64,000 nt of DNA from Caldisericota bacterium (lineage in GTDB: Bacteria; Caldisericota; Caldisericia; JAAYUI01). Shown here piece after piece: positions 29,629-40,200 of this stretch. Both the position numbers and the translations under genes were made by a program. The stretch lies in contig JAKPMO010000023.1 of assembly GCA_029548865.1 (NCBI GenBank), positions 1-64,000 on the forward strand, read 5' to 3'. Numbering within the stretch: position 1 is the first letter of the stretch; every line of letters starts with the position of its first letter. Below the pieces are notes generated by a model. It was not told where the DNA came from and did not search any database. It was given only the letters and a program-made list of their open reading frames with translations.

Positions 29629-30102
29629 TCACTCCTTCCTTTTTAGTTGGTTAGGCAATCGCGCACCCATTGTTTCGAGGTTCTTGATCATGCGAAGATA
29701 AAACCTTTTAAGTTGTTCCCGTTCCAGTTCCGAGAACCCATCAAATACGCTCCTGTCTGTTTTGTCGAATATACTGAGGCATTCTTCTATATACTCCACA
29801 CCCTTTTTTGTGAGTGTAATAACATTGCGCCGCAGATCTTTTTCATCTGATATTTTGCATAACAGCCCTGCTTTTTCCATGCGCTTGACTGAGATCGCAA
29901 CAGTGGGTGGGCTGATTCCAATGGCATCGCCAAGTTCTTTTTGGGAAGCTTTCATACCCTTTATCTTGTGCAATGCAACTAGGATGTAAGGGTGGGTTAC
30001 TTTGAGTCCTTGCTTTTCTAGCGCCGATTTTAGGTAAGTGTGATGCATACGGTCAAATACGCGAAGCAGCCATTCAAGATTGTTTTGGTCGTATTCCGCC
30101 AT
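29629..30102 (-). CDS. MarR family regulator
   Basis: SQKELGDAIGISPPTV...RMEKAGLL...DLRRNVITLTKKG. Confidence 0.95.
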   Translation of the reverse strand: MAEYDQNNLEWLLRVFDRMHHTYLKSALEKQGLKVTHPYILVALHKIKGMKASQKELGDAIGISPPTVAISVKRMEKAGLLCKISDEKDLRRNVITLTKKGVEYIEECLSIFDKTDRSVFDGFSELEREQLKRFYLRMIKNLETMGARLPNQLKRKE

Positions 30103-30129
30103 TCGACCTCCTTTGTTTTATATAAAATA

Positions 30130-30170
30130 ATTTGTCGACAAATAATATTATGGCATTTTTATTATGTCAA
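30130..30170 (-). promoter_or_regulatory. marR promoter with palindromic operator
   Basis: TTGACA-17-TATTAT on the minus strand; perfect palindrome ATTTGTCGACAAAT at 30130-30143 over the start site. Confidence 0.7.
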
Positions 30171-30231
30171 TAAACAATTTCAAACATTCAGCCAAAAATT
30201 TTAAGGAAGGGAAGGAGAAATTTTGAGGAGT

Positions 30232-30726
30232 TTACTCGATAAGATTCCTCATTCGGCCATCTTTCCCCAGGATCTGAATGACAGGGTTGTCGTTTTCGTC
30301 CAGTCCAATGATTATCCTTGGTCTGCCATCCTTTCCTGAAAATGTGAGAACAGGTGAGTCATTCTCAATTTTAAGCTCTGCCTTGCTATATTTTTTTGAT
30401 CCCATTACTTCTGCTTTTTTATCCTTGCCATTGATAAAGATGCAAGCCCCACCAGCTTCTGGTGTATCAAAAGCGTACATGCCAACCGCCTCATGCCTCG
30501 AATAGTCCAATGCAAACACAGCCGCTCTCTGGTTATCCATAACACCGATGCCACCCAATTCGTTCCCGTTGCAGTCCATCAGCTGGATGCCTGTGATGGC
30601 TGTATCTCTCTTGTAAATGGTACCGTCAACTTTTGGGTCTGGCGCCGGTGAGGCAATGCATATCCTTGATACCATATTTTTATCTGACACCGTGATTCTT
30701 TGAATGTTTATTTCGCTCTCGTTCAT
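30232..30726 (-). CDS. Hypothetical protein
   Basis: 164 aa, GAGGG RBS, repeated beta-turn-like units (GKDGRPRI, GKDGRMR). Confidence 0.75.
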   Translation of the reverse strand: MNESEINIQRITVSDKNMVSRICIASPAPDPKVDGTIYKRDTAITGIQLMDCNGNELGGIGVMDNQRAAVFALDYSRHEAVGMYAFDTPEAGGACIFINGKDKKAEVMGSKKYSKAELKIENDSPVLTFSGKDGRPRIIIGLDENDNPVIQILGKDGRMRNLIE

Positions 30727-30801
30727 TGCAGTTTTCCCTCTCTGGCCTGAAAAAGTTTTTGAGTATTTCTATCATACGGCATGAAATGAATACAGGAAAA
30801 T

Positions 30802-30831
30802 AAAAAAGCCGCTCTTTTTGGAGCGGCTTTT
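30802..30831 (-). terminator. Intrinsic terminator of gdh
   Basis: AAAAAAGCCGCTC...GAGCGGCTTTT. Confidence 0.85.
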
Positions 30832-30862
30832 GATTGCTTAAATTTTTATTTGGGGGAGGTTA

Positions 30863-32149
30863 TCACACCCAGCCACGAAGCCTGCAGGCTTCAGCGACTC
30901 TGGAGACAGCGATCATGTAGGCTGCGTCTCTCATGTAGATTTTCTTCTTGGAGGCAAGCGATGCAACTTCGTGGAATGCGCTGGTCATCTTGGTGTCGAG
31001 CTTGTTGAGGACTTCATCCTTTTCCCAGAAGTAGTTCATGTTGCACTGGACCTGTTCGAAATAGGAGCAGGTGACTCCACCGGCGTTGGCAAGGAAGTCC
31101 GGGATCACGAAAATGCCGCGTTCGTGGATGACCTTGTCTGCTTCTGGAGTGGTTGGGCCATTGGCGCCTTCGCCGATGATTTTGACTTTCTTGGAAATCC
31201 TATTTACGTTTTCGCCAGTGATCTGGTTTTCAAGTGCTGCTGGGATGAGTATGTCAACTTCCTGTTCGATCCATGCATCACCTGCAAGTACCTGATACCC
31301 GAGGTCTTGGGCTTTCTTCTTGTCGATTCCGCCGAACCTGTCGGTGATTTTCCTGAGTTCATCAAGGCTTACACCAGTTGACTTTTTGAAAGTGTATGAA
31401 GTCTGGTCTTCCTGGCTCCAGCAGGAAACGCAGATGACTGTTCCGCCGAGTTTTGTGTAGAGATCAACAGCGTACTGGGCAACGTTTCCGAAACCCTGAA
31501 CTGCTGCTGTTGTGTTCTTTGGGTCGATTCCCATGAGCTTGAGGGCTTCCCTAATTGTGTATACAACGCCATAACCTGTTGCTTCGGTTCTGCCCTTTGA
31601 TCCGCCCATGCCAACTGGTTTTCCGGTAATGACTCCCGGATACCTGGCGCCTGTGATCTTCTCATACTCATCCATCATCCAGAGCATGTGCTGACCATTG
31701 GTCATCACGTCTGGTGCCGGGACGTCCTGGAGCGGTCCGATATTGATGGCAACCTGGCGAACCCAGCCCCTACAAATCTGTTCCTGTTCCCTCATGCTGA
31801 GATTGTGTGGATCGCAGATGACTCCACCTTTTCCGCCACCAAGAGGAATATCTACAACTGAACACTTCCAGGTCATCCATGTGGCAAGTGCCCTTACTGT
31901 GTCTGCAGTTTCCTGCGGATGGAAGCGAATTCCACCCTTGCATGGTCCACGAGCATCATTGTGCTGAACCCTGTATCCCTGAAAAACTTTGACTGAACCA
32001 TCGTCCATGCGGACTGGAATGCGGATGTGGTACTCTCTCTGCGGAAAGCGGAGAAGCTGCCTGGTGCCCTCATCCAGATCAAGCATGTCGGCTACCTTGT
32101 CAAACTGCTCCTGGGCCATCTTGAATGCATTGAAACCCTTCTCTGACAT
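30863..32149 (-). CDS. gdhA: Glutamate dehydrogenase (Glu/Leu/Phe/Val family)
   Basis: KGGIRFHP, GGGKGG, DVPAPD, GRTEATGYG, QGFGNV, EGANGPTT, NAGGVTCSYFE. Confidence 0.96.
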   Translation of the reverse strand: MSEKGFNAFKMAQEQFDKVADMLDLDEGTRQLLRFPQREYHIRIPVRMDDGSVKVFQGYRVQHNDARGPCKGGIRFHPQETADTVRALATWMTWKCSVVDIPLGGGKGGVICDPHNLSMREQEQICRGWVRQVAINIGPLQDVPAPDVMTNGQHMLWMMDEYEKITGARYPGVITGKPVGMGGSKGRTEATGYGVVYTIREALKLMGIDPKNTTAAVQGFGNVAQYAVDLYTKLGGTVICVSCWSQEDQTSYTFKKSTGVSLDELRKITDRFGGIDKKKAQDLGYQVLAGDAWIEQEVDILIPAALENQITGENVNRISKKVKIIGEGANGPTTPEADKVIHERGIFVIPDFLANAGGVTCSYFEQVQCNMNYFWEKDEVLNKLDTKMTSAFHEVASLASKKKIYMRDAAYMIAVSRVAEACRLRGWV

Positions 32150-32533
32150 TTTACAACTCCTTTTTTATTTTAGCCCCCTCATTTCTTTGGAGGCAATGAT
32201 ACCTTTTAAACCCGAATCTTTATTAGTCCAATGGTACAAAGAGTCAAGGCCTATTTTGTTGGCAAATGGTTCTTTTGTAAACCTTCTACATAAATATTGT
32301 ACATGCCTTGTAGTACTTTATGTTAAATATTTTATGGGCATTGACAAAAATATATTATTGAATGTCGCTGTGAATCCTTGAATTTGTGAAACTGGTAACG
32401 ATTTGCAAAATACTGCGCATCTGAGTTTGGGAAGTATGACACAATTAAACTCGTGAAAACTGTTTTAATCACTTTTTAAAGTGCCGCCTGATGAAAACCG
32501 AGAAAAAACCTCTTGAAAACGCTTGGGTGTCAA

Positions 32534-34009
32534 TCAATCCGGGTCCCAGTCAATTTTGGCAGTTTTTGTTTGGCTGTTCCAGCCAGTTGTTGCGCCAAAG
32601 AAATCAGATATTGCCCTTATTGGGACAAGCGTCCTCCCGTCTATCACAGTTGGTGCCACATCGAGATTCACCTGTTTGCCATCCACTGTGGCCGTGTTCT
32701 CCCCGAGCTTCATAGTAATCGTTTTTGAGAGCCTTGTTATAACTATCATTTTTGTTTTTTGATTCCAAACAATACTGGCCCCGAAAGCATCAGAAATGAA
32801 CCTGAGCGGGACCATGACCCTGGAGCTTATTATTTTTGCTGGTGAATCAAGCTGAAAGGCTTTTGAATTTATTGTTGCCTGTTTCGATCCGGTAACCAAC
32901 GACACTGAAATGCTTGGATCTGTACTGACAGAAATAGGAACAAATACGAGCTGGCAAGCACCCTTGGGGAGTGCAACCAGTTTTGTATTGTGTGATTTGC
33001 CATATGGAAGGAGGCTTGCATTGATGGTTACCAAAATCTCCCTGCCCTCTTCCGTGGATTTTGGATCAAATTTTAGCCAACCGTCATTGCATACCATCTC
33101 AAACTTTGGGGAACCAAGCAAAATCAGTTTTTTTGTGAAAGAGGTTCCCCTTGGAGTGTATCCAAAATCGATATTTTGTGGTAAGGATTTTGCACAAACC
33201 GGTACATCAGCCAGGATCGTTGCCCCGATAGGAAATTCGTGTTTTATTCCCTTGCCGTACAGGGTTATTCTTGACTGGACCACCTGGTTTGGTTTGGCGA
33301 AATTCCAGTTGATACCGAATTTTATTGCAACTGACCCACCTGCTTGCAGAGAGAACTGGGGGCCATTTTGAATGACTACCCACGGCTGGCTTGAACTTGC
33401 AGTAAAGAAAATATCGGATTCGGTGTTATTTGTTGCGATGATACTCGCATAAACCTGCGATGCTGGTATTGTGTTTTCGAAATCAACAATGAGGGGAATA
33501 GTTGTTATATCGTTGCAAGTATCGCATTCCTGGATGATCTTGTCCACTGAGATGTAATATCTGGTTCTTTTCACGTACAAATCTGCTTCACCAATGATTT
33601 GTCCAGAATCATCGATTGCCTGGGCCTTGATTATGGATTTCCCAAAAGGGACGTCGTTTTTATCAAAAGCAGTCCTAAAATTTCCTTTTCCTGTGTTTGC
33701 GGTGGTAGGTGTAATATTCCCTCCATCAGCCGATAGCTTGAGTGTGCACAGTGGAGGGTCTTTTTCCATGGTTCTTACTTGTACTATGAATATTTGGGAT
33801 TGCGGATTTATGAAGTCCAGGTCAGGATGTATGCAGTAGGTGCATTTTGTGGATTTGGAATTCAGGGGGGCTTGAAAAGTATTGGCAAATTTGCCAATAT
33901 TAATAGCTATGCTGCCATCAGGCAAAGCATTTGCTATGGTAGCGTTGATTGACAACACAGCAATGATAAGCGCCGTGGCCAAATGAAATCTCTTCGGTTC
34001 TTTGCTCAC
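32534..34009 (-). CDS. Secreted protein with Ig/BACON-like domains and copper-amine-oxidase-like stalk domain
   Basis: Signal peptide; SSSQPWV and NDGWL BACON-like motifs; RVMVPLRFISDAFGASIVW, GRTLVPIRAI; start uncertain (34009-34027). Confidence 0.85.
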   Translation of the reverse strand: MSKEPKRFHLATALIIAVLSINATIANALPDGSIAINIGKFANTFQAPLNSKSTKCTYCIHPDLDFINPQSQIFIVQVRTMEKDPPLCTLKLSADGGNITPTTANTGKGNFRTAFDKNDVPFGKSIIKAQAIDDSGQIIGEADLYVKRTRYYISVDKIIQECDTCNDITTIPLIVDFENTIPASQVYASIIATNNTESDIFFTASSSQPWVVIQNGPQFSLQAGGSVAIKFGINWNFAKPNQVVQSRITLYGKGIKHEFPIGATILADVPVCAKSLPQNIDFGYTPRGTSFTKKLILLGSPKFEMVCNDGWLKFDPKSTEEGREILVTINASLLPYGKSHNTKLVALPKGACQLVFVPISVSTDPSISVSLVTGSKQATINSKAFQLDSPAKIISSRVMVPLRFISDAFGASIVWNQKTKMIVITRLSKTITMKLGENTATVDGKQVNLDVAPTVIDGRTLVPIRAISDFFGATTGWNSQTKTAKIDWDPD

Positions 34010-34069
34010 CGCTAGCATTTTATACACCTCGGTGTCGTTGTGGTCAACACAAAGTTTTTTGGAGGCTTC

Positions 34070-34855
34070 ATGAAAATCGTAGTTTGCATAAAGCAGGTCC
34101 CTGATCCTGAAAAATTCTCGGCAGGCTCTTTTGAAAGAGACTGGAGACTTTCGAGAGATTCATATCCAAAAACTACTAATCCAGTTGACAAGAATGCGCT
34201 GGAACTTGCTCTCCAGCTAGCTGGCCAGGACCCGGTGGAGGTAATTACTGTTGGTCCGGAGAGCGCCAAGGAAGCATTGAGAGAGATGCTTTCGATTGGC
34301 GCGTCATCAGCAGTCCACGTCAAAGACCCAGCGCTTGAAGGGGCTGACTTGCTCTCAACCACCATTGCACTTTCTGCAGCGATCAAAAAGAGGGGGCCTT
34401 TTGATGTAATAATCTGTGGCAAGCAATCCACAGATGCCGGAAATGCCTCCATTCCTTCCATGCTTGCAGAGATGCTTGGGTTGCCTTCATCCACAGGATG
34501 TGAGAAGGTCGAATTCGTGGATGGAAAACTTTTTGCTTACCAGCCAGGCGACCTTGGGATGGTGGTCTGGAAAATTGAGCTTCCATGTGTTTTATCTGTT
34601 ACAAAAAACATCAACACGCCAAGACTCCCATCACTTAGGGGAATGACCAAAGCGATGCAGACTGAAATAGTGATGTATGACCTGCAAAGTTTGGGAATAG
34701 AAAGTTTGCCGGAGGGCAGGTTGCAACCCGGCAATATTATAAGTTCAAAACGAATCACCAGGGAAATAACCACCCAGATTTTTGAAGGTGAAACATCGCA
34801 GATTAAAGCTGCCGCGCTTTTGATGTCGCTTAGAGAAAAGGGGTTGATCCAGTGA
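34070..34855 (+). CDS. etfB: Electron transfer flavoprotein beta subunit
   Basis: MKIVVCIKQVPD, NPVDKNALE, CGKQSTD, PRLPSL. Confidence 0.95.
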   Translation: MKIVVCIKQVPDPEKFSAGSFERDWRLSRDSYPKTTNPVDKNALELALQLAGQDPVEVITVGPESAKEALREMLSIGASSAVHVKDPALEGADLLSTTIALSAAIKKRGPFDVIICGKQSTDAGNASIPSMLAEMLGLPSSTGCEKVEFVDGKLFAYQPGDLGMVVWKIELPCVLSVTKNINTPRLPSLRGMTKAMQTEIVMYDLQSLGIESLPEGRLQPGNIISSKRITREITTQIFEGETSQIKAAALLMSLREKGLIQ

Positions 34856-35817
34856 AGTACATGTGGACGATAGGCGAGTTTGAGAATGGCGTTCTCTCTG
34901 AAGCGACAGCAGAGGTTTTAGGGTGTCTCTCCCCGGTGCAGGACAACCAGCTTGCAGAATCTAATCTTGTTCTGGTTGGTTCCAACCTACTGATGCATGG
35001 TTCGGTTTTTGGAAGGCTTGGCCAACCGGTTACCATCCTCATTGAATCGGATGATCTTGCTGATCTCGAGCCAGGAATTGTCGCCAGAGAAGTTGCTGAT
35101 CTGGCCCAGAACAGAAAACCATCGATTATCGCACTCCCTTGCACAGTTTGGGGCTCTGATGTTGCAGCTAGAGTAGCAGCAAGGCTGAATTATCCTCTTG
35201 TCACTGACGTGGTTGGACTTGATGCCACAGAAGACATGATAACTATTGAAAGACTCTCATTCGGTGGCCAGAACAAGGCAATGATCAGCCTCCCGGCAGA
35301 GTGTGTTGTGACAATCCACAAGAGGGTTTTCAGCCAACCAAGACCAGCAGATATAACAGCAACACTTGAAAGGCTGGAGGCCGCCACATCAAAAGCTGAT
35401 ATCAAGAAGGTTATTGAGAAGGTACTTCCACTCTCTTCTGAAGGTCCGGCGCTCATTGACTCACCAGTCATTATTTCGGGCGGCAGGGGTATGGGATCTC
35501 CGGAGAATTTTAAGCTGATAAAAGAACTTGCCAAAAAACTTGGTGCTGCATATGGTGCCTCCAGAGCAGTCGTTGATTCCGGATGGATAGACTCCTCTCA
35601 CCAGGTTGGTCTGACCGGCAAGGTTGTCTCTCCAAGGCTCTACATTGCATGTGGAATATCAGGTGCTGACCAGCACCTCGCCGGAATGAGGACATCTGAT
35701 GTCATTGTTGCAATAAACCGTGATCCGGATGCGCCAATATTCAAGGTAGCCTCCTACGGCATTGTCGGGGACTGTGTTGAGACCCTTACGCAGCTGATTG
35801 AGCAACTTGGCAAGTAG
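34852..35817 (+). CDS. etfA: Electron transfer flavoprotein alpha subunit
   Basis: SGGRG, GASRAVVD, QVGLTGK, GISGADQHLAGM, AINRDPDAPIF. Confidence 0.95.
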   Translation: MKYMWTIGEFENGVLSEATAEVLGCLSPVQDNQLAESNLVLVGSNLLMHGSVFGRLGQPVTILIESDDLADLEPGIVAREVADLAQNRKPSIIALPCTVWGSDVAARVAARLNYPLVTDVVGLDATEDMITIERLSFGGQNKAMISLPAECVVTIHKRVFSQPRPADITATLERLEAATSKADIKKVIEKVLPLSSEGPALIDSPVIISGGRGMGSPENFKLIKELAKKLGAAYGASRAVVDSGWIDSSHQVGLTGKVVSPRLYIACGISGADQHLAGMRTSDVIVAINRDPDAPIFKVASYGIVGDCVETLTQLIEQLGK

Positions 35818-35845
35818 CAAATAAAAAAAACCAGTAGAAAATAAG

Positions 35846-35880
35846 ATGGGCCAGTTTTGTGCTGGCCCGTTTTTATTTTT
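35846..35880 (+). terminator. Intrinsic terminator
   Basis: GGGCCAG...CTGGCCC-GTTTTTATTTTT. Confidence 0.75.
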
Positions 35881-35890
35881 GAAGGAAATA

Positions 35891-36421
35891 TTATCTTTTG
35901 AAAATATTGTTTCCTTTGCTATCTATTGCAACTATAGCTGGAAAATCCTCTACTTCCAGTTCATAGACTGCCTCTGGACCAAGCTCTGGAAATGCAAGCA
36001 GTTTCGCTTTCTTCACCTTTTTTGCAAGCAGTGCCCCTGCCCCTCCGAGTGCCACGAGATAAACACCACCGAAATCAACAAGGGTTTTTGTGACCTCTTG
36101 CCCCCTTGGCCCCTTCCCGAGCTGTGCTGCAATGCCAAGCTCGAACATTGTTCTTGTGAAAGGGTCCATTCTTGAAGATGTTGTTGGCCCGCAGGATCCA
36201 ATCGGAAAACCTGGTGGTGCCGGTGACGGGCCTGCAAAGTAGATTATTGCCCCTCTTGGATCAAACGGGAGTTCCCTCCCTTCCTGCATCATTTTTAGCA
36301 TGGCTTTGTGGGCCGCATCTCTGGCTGTGTAGATTGTTCCAGTGATCAGAACTTCATCACCACAGGCAAGATTGGCGAGGGATTTTTTTGAGAGCGGGGT
36401 TGTTAGTCTGTGCTCCTTCAT
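35891..36421 (-). CDS. Class I fumarate hydratase (Fe-S hydro-lyase) beta subunit
   Basis: TARDAAHK, GPTTSSRM, GKG, LGPEA. Confidence 0.95.
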   Translation of the reverse strand: MKEHRLTTPLSKKSLANLACGDEVLITGTIYTARDAAHKAMLKMMQEGRELPFDPRGAIIYFAGPSPAPPGFPIGSCGPTTSSRMDPFTRTMFELGIAAQLGKGPRGQEVTKTLVDFGGVYLVALGGAGALLAKKVKKAKLLAFPELGPEAVYELEVEDFPAIVAIDSKGNNIFKR

Positions 36422-37245
36422 ATCTCACCCGTTGCCTTTCTTGCGGCGTGGCACTGGATGTTTACTGCAACTGGCATTGTCGCAATATGACAGCCTGTTG
36501 ATAGTATGTGCACATCCAGAACTGAAATTTTGCCGCCAAGCCCCGCCGGGCCGAAGCCAAGATTGTTGCACAATTCCAGTATCTCTTTCTCCATGTCACC
36601 CAATTCTTCAGATCGGTTCTCTGCCAGCAGGGCCTTTTTTGCCAGCAAGGCGCACTCTTCAATTGTTCCACCGAAACCTATCCCGACTGTTACTGGTGGA
36701 CAGGCCGAAGGACCATTCTCCCTGACTGTTTTGACAACAAAATCGACGATGCCCTGCTTTCCTTCGTATGGTTTGAGCATTGCCAACCTGCTTGCATTTT
36801 CGGAGCCACCCCCTTTGGGTGTGACAGTGAGCGTTATTTTGTCACCATCAACAATTTGTGTGTGGATTATTGCTGGAGTGTTGGTTTTTGTGTTTGTTCG
36901 GTCAACGCACGAATGCAGGACAGATGGCCTCAAATGGCCTTCGCTATACCCTTTGGCAACGCCATCTTTTATTGCCTCATAGATGTCAAAATCAAGGTGA
37001 ACATCTCTGCCTGCCTCAAGAAAAACAACTGCAAGTCCACAGTCCTGGCAGATTGCCAGCCCGGTTTTTTCAGCGATCTTATAGTTTTCGATTATCTGCG
37101 ATATGAGTTTTTTCCCAAGCGGGGATGTTTCATTCTCAAGTGCCCATTCGAGTTTTTCTTTTTGGTATTTTGGGAGCACGAGATTCGCTTTGATGCACAG
37201 ACTGGCAACCAGATCAACGAGCCCTTCCCTTTTTATCGACTTCAT
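36418..37245 (-). CDS. Class I fumarate hydratase (Fe-S hydro-lyase) alpha subunit
   Basis: CQDCG, KGGGSEN, ACPP, CHIA, CHAAR; start 37245 or 37263. Confidence 0.95.
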   Translation of the reverse strand: MKSIKREGLVDLVASLCIKANLVLPKYQKEKLEWALENETSPLGKKLISQIIENYKIAEKTGLAICQDCGLAVVFLEAGRDVHLDFDIYEAIKDGVAKGYSEGHLRPSVLHSCVDRTNTKTNTPAIIHTQIVDGDKITLTVTPKGGGSENASRLAMLKPYEGKQGIVDFVVKTVRENGPSACPPVTVGIGFGGTIEECALLAKKALLAENRSEELGDMEKEILELCNNLGFGPAGLGGKISVLDVHILSTGCHIATMPVAVNIQCHAARKATGEI

Positions 37246-37295
37246 CAAGTCAAATGATAGCATCTTTTGGCTTTTTGCAAGCCAGCAAACTGTGA

Positions 37296-40200
37296 TCAGC
37301 TGTTTTCGACACCATCAAGCTTAACTGAAACGACCCTTGAGGTTCCGGTGGTGTCAAGCGTTATGCCGTAAAGCGCATCGCACCAGCGCATGGTTTCCTT
37401 GTTGTGTGTTATGACAACGAACTGCGTTTGCTCTGCCTCATTCCGGAGCAACCTCGTAAATCTTTCTATGTTGCTGTCATCAAGGGCCGCATCCACCTCG
37501 TCCAGGACGCAAAACGGCGAGCTTTTTGTCTTGAAGAAGGCAAACAGCAATGCAAGGGCGGCCAGGGTTTTCTCACCCCCTGAAAGGGCGTGGAGTGTCT
37601 TGAGCTTTCTGCCTGGCAGGATAAATTCGACCTCAATCCCCTCGGTTTGTCCGTTTTCCCCGGTGATCCTGCGCAGATTGCCTATTGCACCGGCAAAGAG
37701 TACGTCTGCAAGCGTCCTGAAATGGCTCTCCACCGAGCGGTAGGTCTCTTCAAAAGTTTTTTTTATCCTCGTTTCCACTTCGGATAGCGACGATCTCAGG
37801 TTTGCTTCGGTATGTGCGAGATCGGAGAGCTGGCCGTTCAGAAAATCCAGTCTTTCTTTGGCTTTCACCGCCTCGTCCTTGGCGGCCATGTTCACGGCGC
37901 CGTATTGGGCGAGTTTTTGTGCTGTAATTGACAACTCGGTTTTGGTTTCTTCAATATCGCAATCATCAATGGGATCAGATGGTTTTCCACCCAACTCGGC
38001 TATTTTTGAGAGGAGGTCTTCCCTTCTTACTTTCAGCTCCACCTGTGAGAGCTCTATCTGGTGAAGGTCGTTGTTGTATCTTGCCAGTCTTGCCCTAACA
38101 TTTTTTGTCTGGTTTTGCCTTTTTTCCTGCTCTTCAAGTATCTCACTTTTTGATTTTTGTATCTGTTTTTCAATACTTTCTGTGTGCAGGATGGTCATTT
38201 TTGCGGTGTTGAGTTCCCTTTCAGCCTCGATTATTCCAGTCTCCAGCTCCCTTGCATCTTTTTCTGCCTGGGTGGTGGATTCTGAAAGCTTGAGCAGCCT
38301 TGTTTTTCCTTGATCAAATTCTGATACCAGTTTTTCTTTTTCTCTCTGGGAGTCTTCAAGGTTCTTTTGGGCCTGCATTTTGGTTTCTCTTACCCCGGCA
38401 AGCCTTCTTTCAAATTCAACCTGTTCTTCCTGAGTCCTGAGTCTTGTTGCGTCAAACTCGGAGAGTTTTGCACCGTTGGCCCTTGTCTCCTCGACGCAGG
38501 CCCTGAGTCTTTCGGCAAAATCCTCCTTGTCTTTTTCGCATGTGGCCATTTCTTTTTCGTACTGGGTGAGGGACTCTGCCAGTTTTGCAAGCTCGGAAGC
38601 CCTTGCCTCGGCCTGCCTTGCCTCGGCCTCTTTTTTTGCCCTGAGTGCTGCCATCTGGCTGGACAGCTCCAGCTCTTTCTTGGACAATCCGGCCATTTCC
38701 TGCTGGGCAAGTTTCTGTTTTTCCCTGGCCTCCTTGAGGCTGGTTTCCAGTGCTGTTTCCTTTTCTGAGAGCCTGTCCAGGTTTTCAGCTGAAAATTGCA
38801 TTTGGGTCTCTATTTGTGCTTCGCTGGTCTTTTCGCTGAATTGCAGGAAATATGTCCCTCCAAAACATATAAACCCGTCTCTTGAAACCACTATGTCGGA
38901 GTCCTTTCCAAATGCATCCAGGACATTTTCTGAAACTGAAACTGTTTTGTTGTCGATGGCTATTGTTGCCCCAGAATTTAGAGGTAGTTTCTTTGCCACC
39001 TCAAGCAGATTATTCTTGCTGGCGATGATCCAGTCCAGCTGAGACCTTGCGAGGTCCGCATCCTCCTTTGAAAGCCCCGAGAGATCTGCTGTTTTTGAGA
39101 GAATGGGTTTTCCAAGTTTTGATGGTTTGAAGGCCATCCCGTCAAGTATTTTTCTTAATTTCTCAACTTCTTTGGCTGTCTGGGTTTTTTCAGCCTGCAC
39201 AGACATCAGTTCACCCTGTATTTTTTGGGCATTATCAACGAATGATGCAAGCTGGCCCTCCAGCCTTGATCTTGAAATTCTTGTTTCTTCAAGCTCCCTG
39301 TCAAGGTTTCTGTCATCTTGCGTCTGCGGGAAGGTTGTTTCTTCAAGCTCCCTTGTTCTTGATTGTGCCTGCCTCTTGCGTTCGGTGAACAGTACCAGTT
39401 TTGATTGCATCTCCTGAAGCCTTGATCTTGCATCGTCGGCTTGCCTTTTTGACTGGTCAAGTTTTGTCTGAATGTTCTGGCGTTCCTTTTTAAAATCTGT
39501 CAGTTCTGGCCTGGCTTTTTCGGTCTCTTCCAGTTCTTTTTCGCATTTTGCGAGGTAGACAGAGCGTTTCTCAATTTCCTCCTCAAGTTGTGAAAGGTCA
39601 TAAACGAGCTGTTTTTCACGCCTTTTCAGCGATTCTTCTTCGAGGGTGGAATTGCGCAATGTCTCCTGCGCTGTGGCAAGGCTTGCCCTCATATGTTCCA
39701 GCTGGGCTGTTGCCCTGGTTGAATTGACGATGGCACTTTCCCTTGTTGCCAGCGCCGCAGACCTTTCCTTCTCGAGTTCATCTAGTTTTGCAGAAAAATC
39801 CTCAACTTCCTCAAGTTTGTCTATCTCGGCCTGGGTCTCCTTGCGTTTCAGCTCCAGCACCTTTGATTTAGACTCAAGCGAGTTTGATTCAAAGACATTT
39901 TCTCTAAGGTCGACAAGATGGAGCTGGAGTTTGAGGTGGCCCAGCCTGTCTGTTAGAACCTGGTATTTTTCCAGCACCTCCGCCTGGCGGGCAAGGTTTT
40001 CGTATTGGTACTCCGATTCGCTTGCATGGGCAGAGATTTTCTCCATCTGGATTTTGGCCTGGTCCAGTTTTGATTCGACAGAGCGTTTTGTCGTCCTGAG
40101 GACATCAACTCCGGCGAGTTCCTCGAGCACTTTCAGCCTTTCGGCAGGTGTTGCTGAAATTACCTGCTCGACTTCTCCCTGGCCAACGACCGAGTAGGTC

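Noticed and set aside
32150..32530. AT-rich region upstream of gdh as a riboswitch or sRNA
   Set aside because: No recognisable aptamer motif or stable terminator; only promoter-like hexamers
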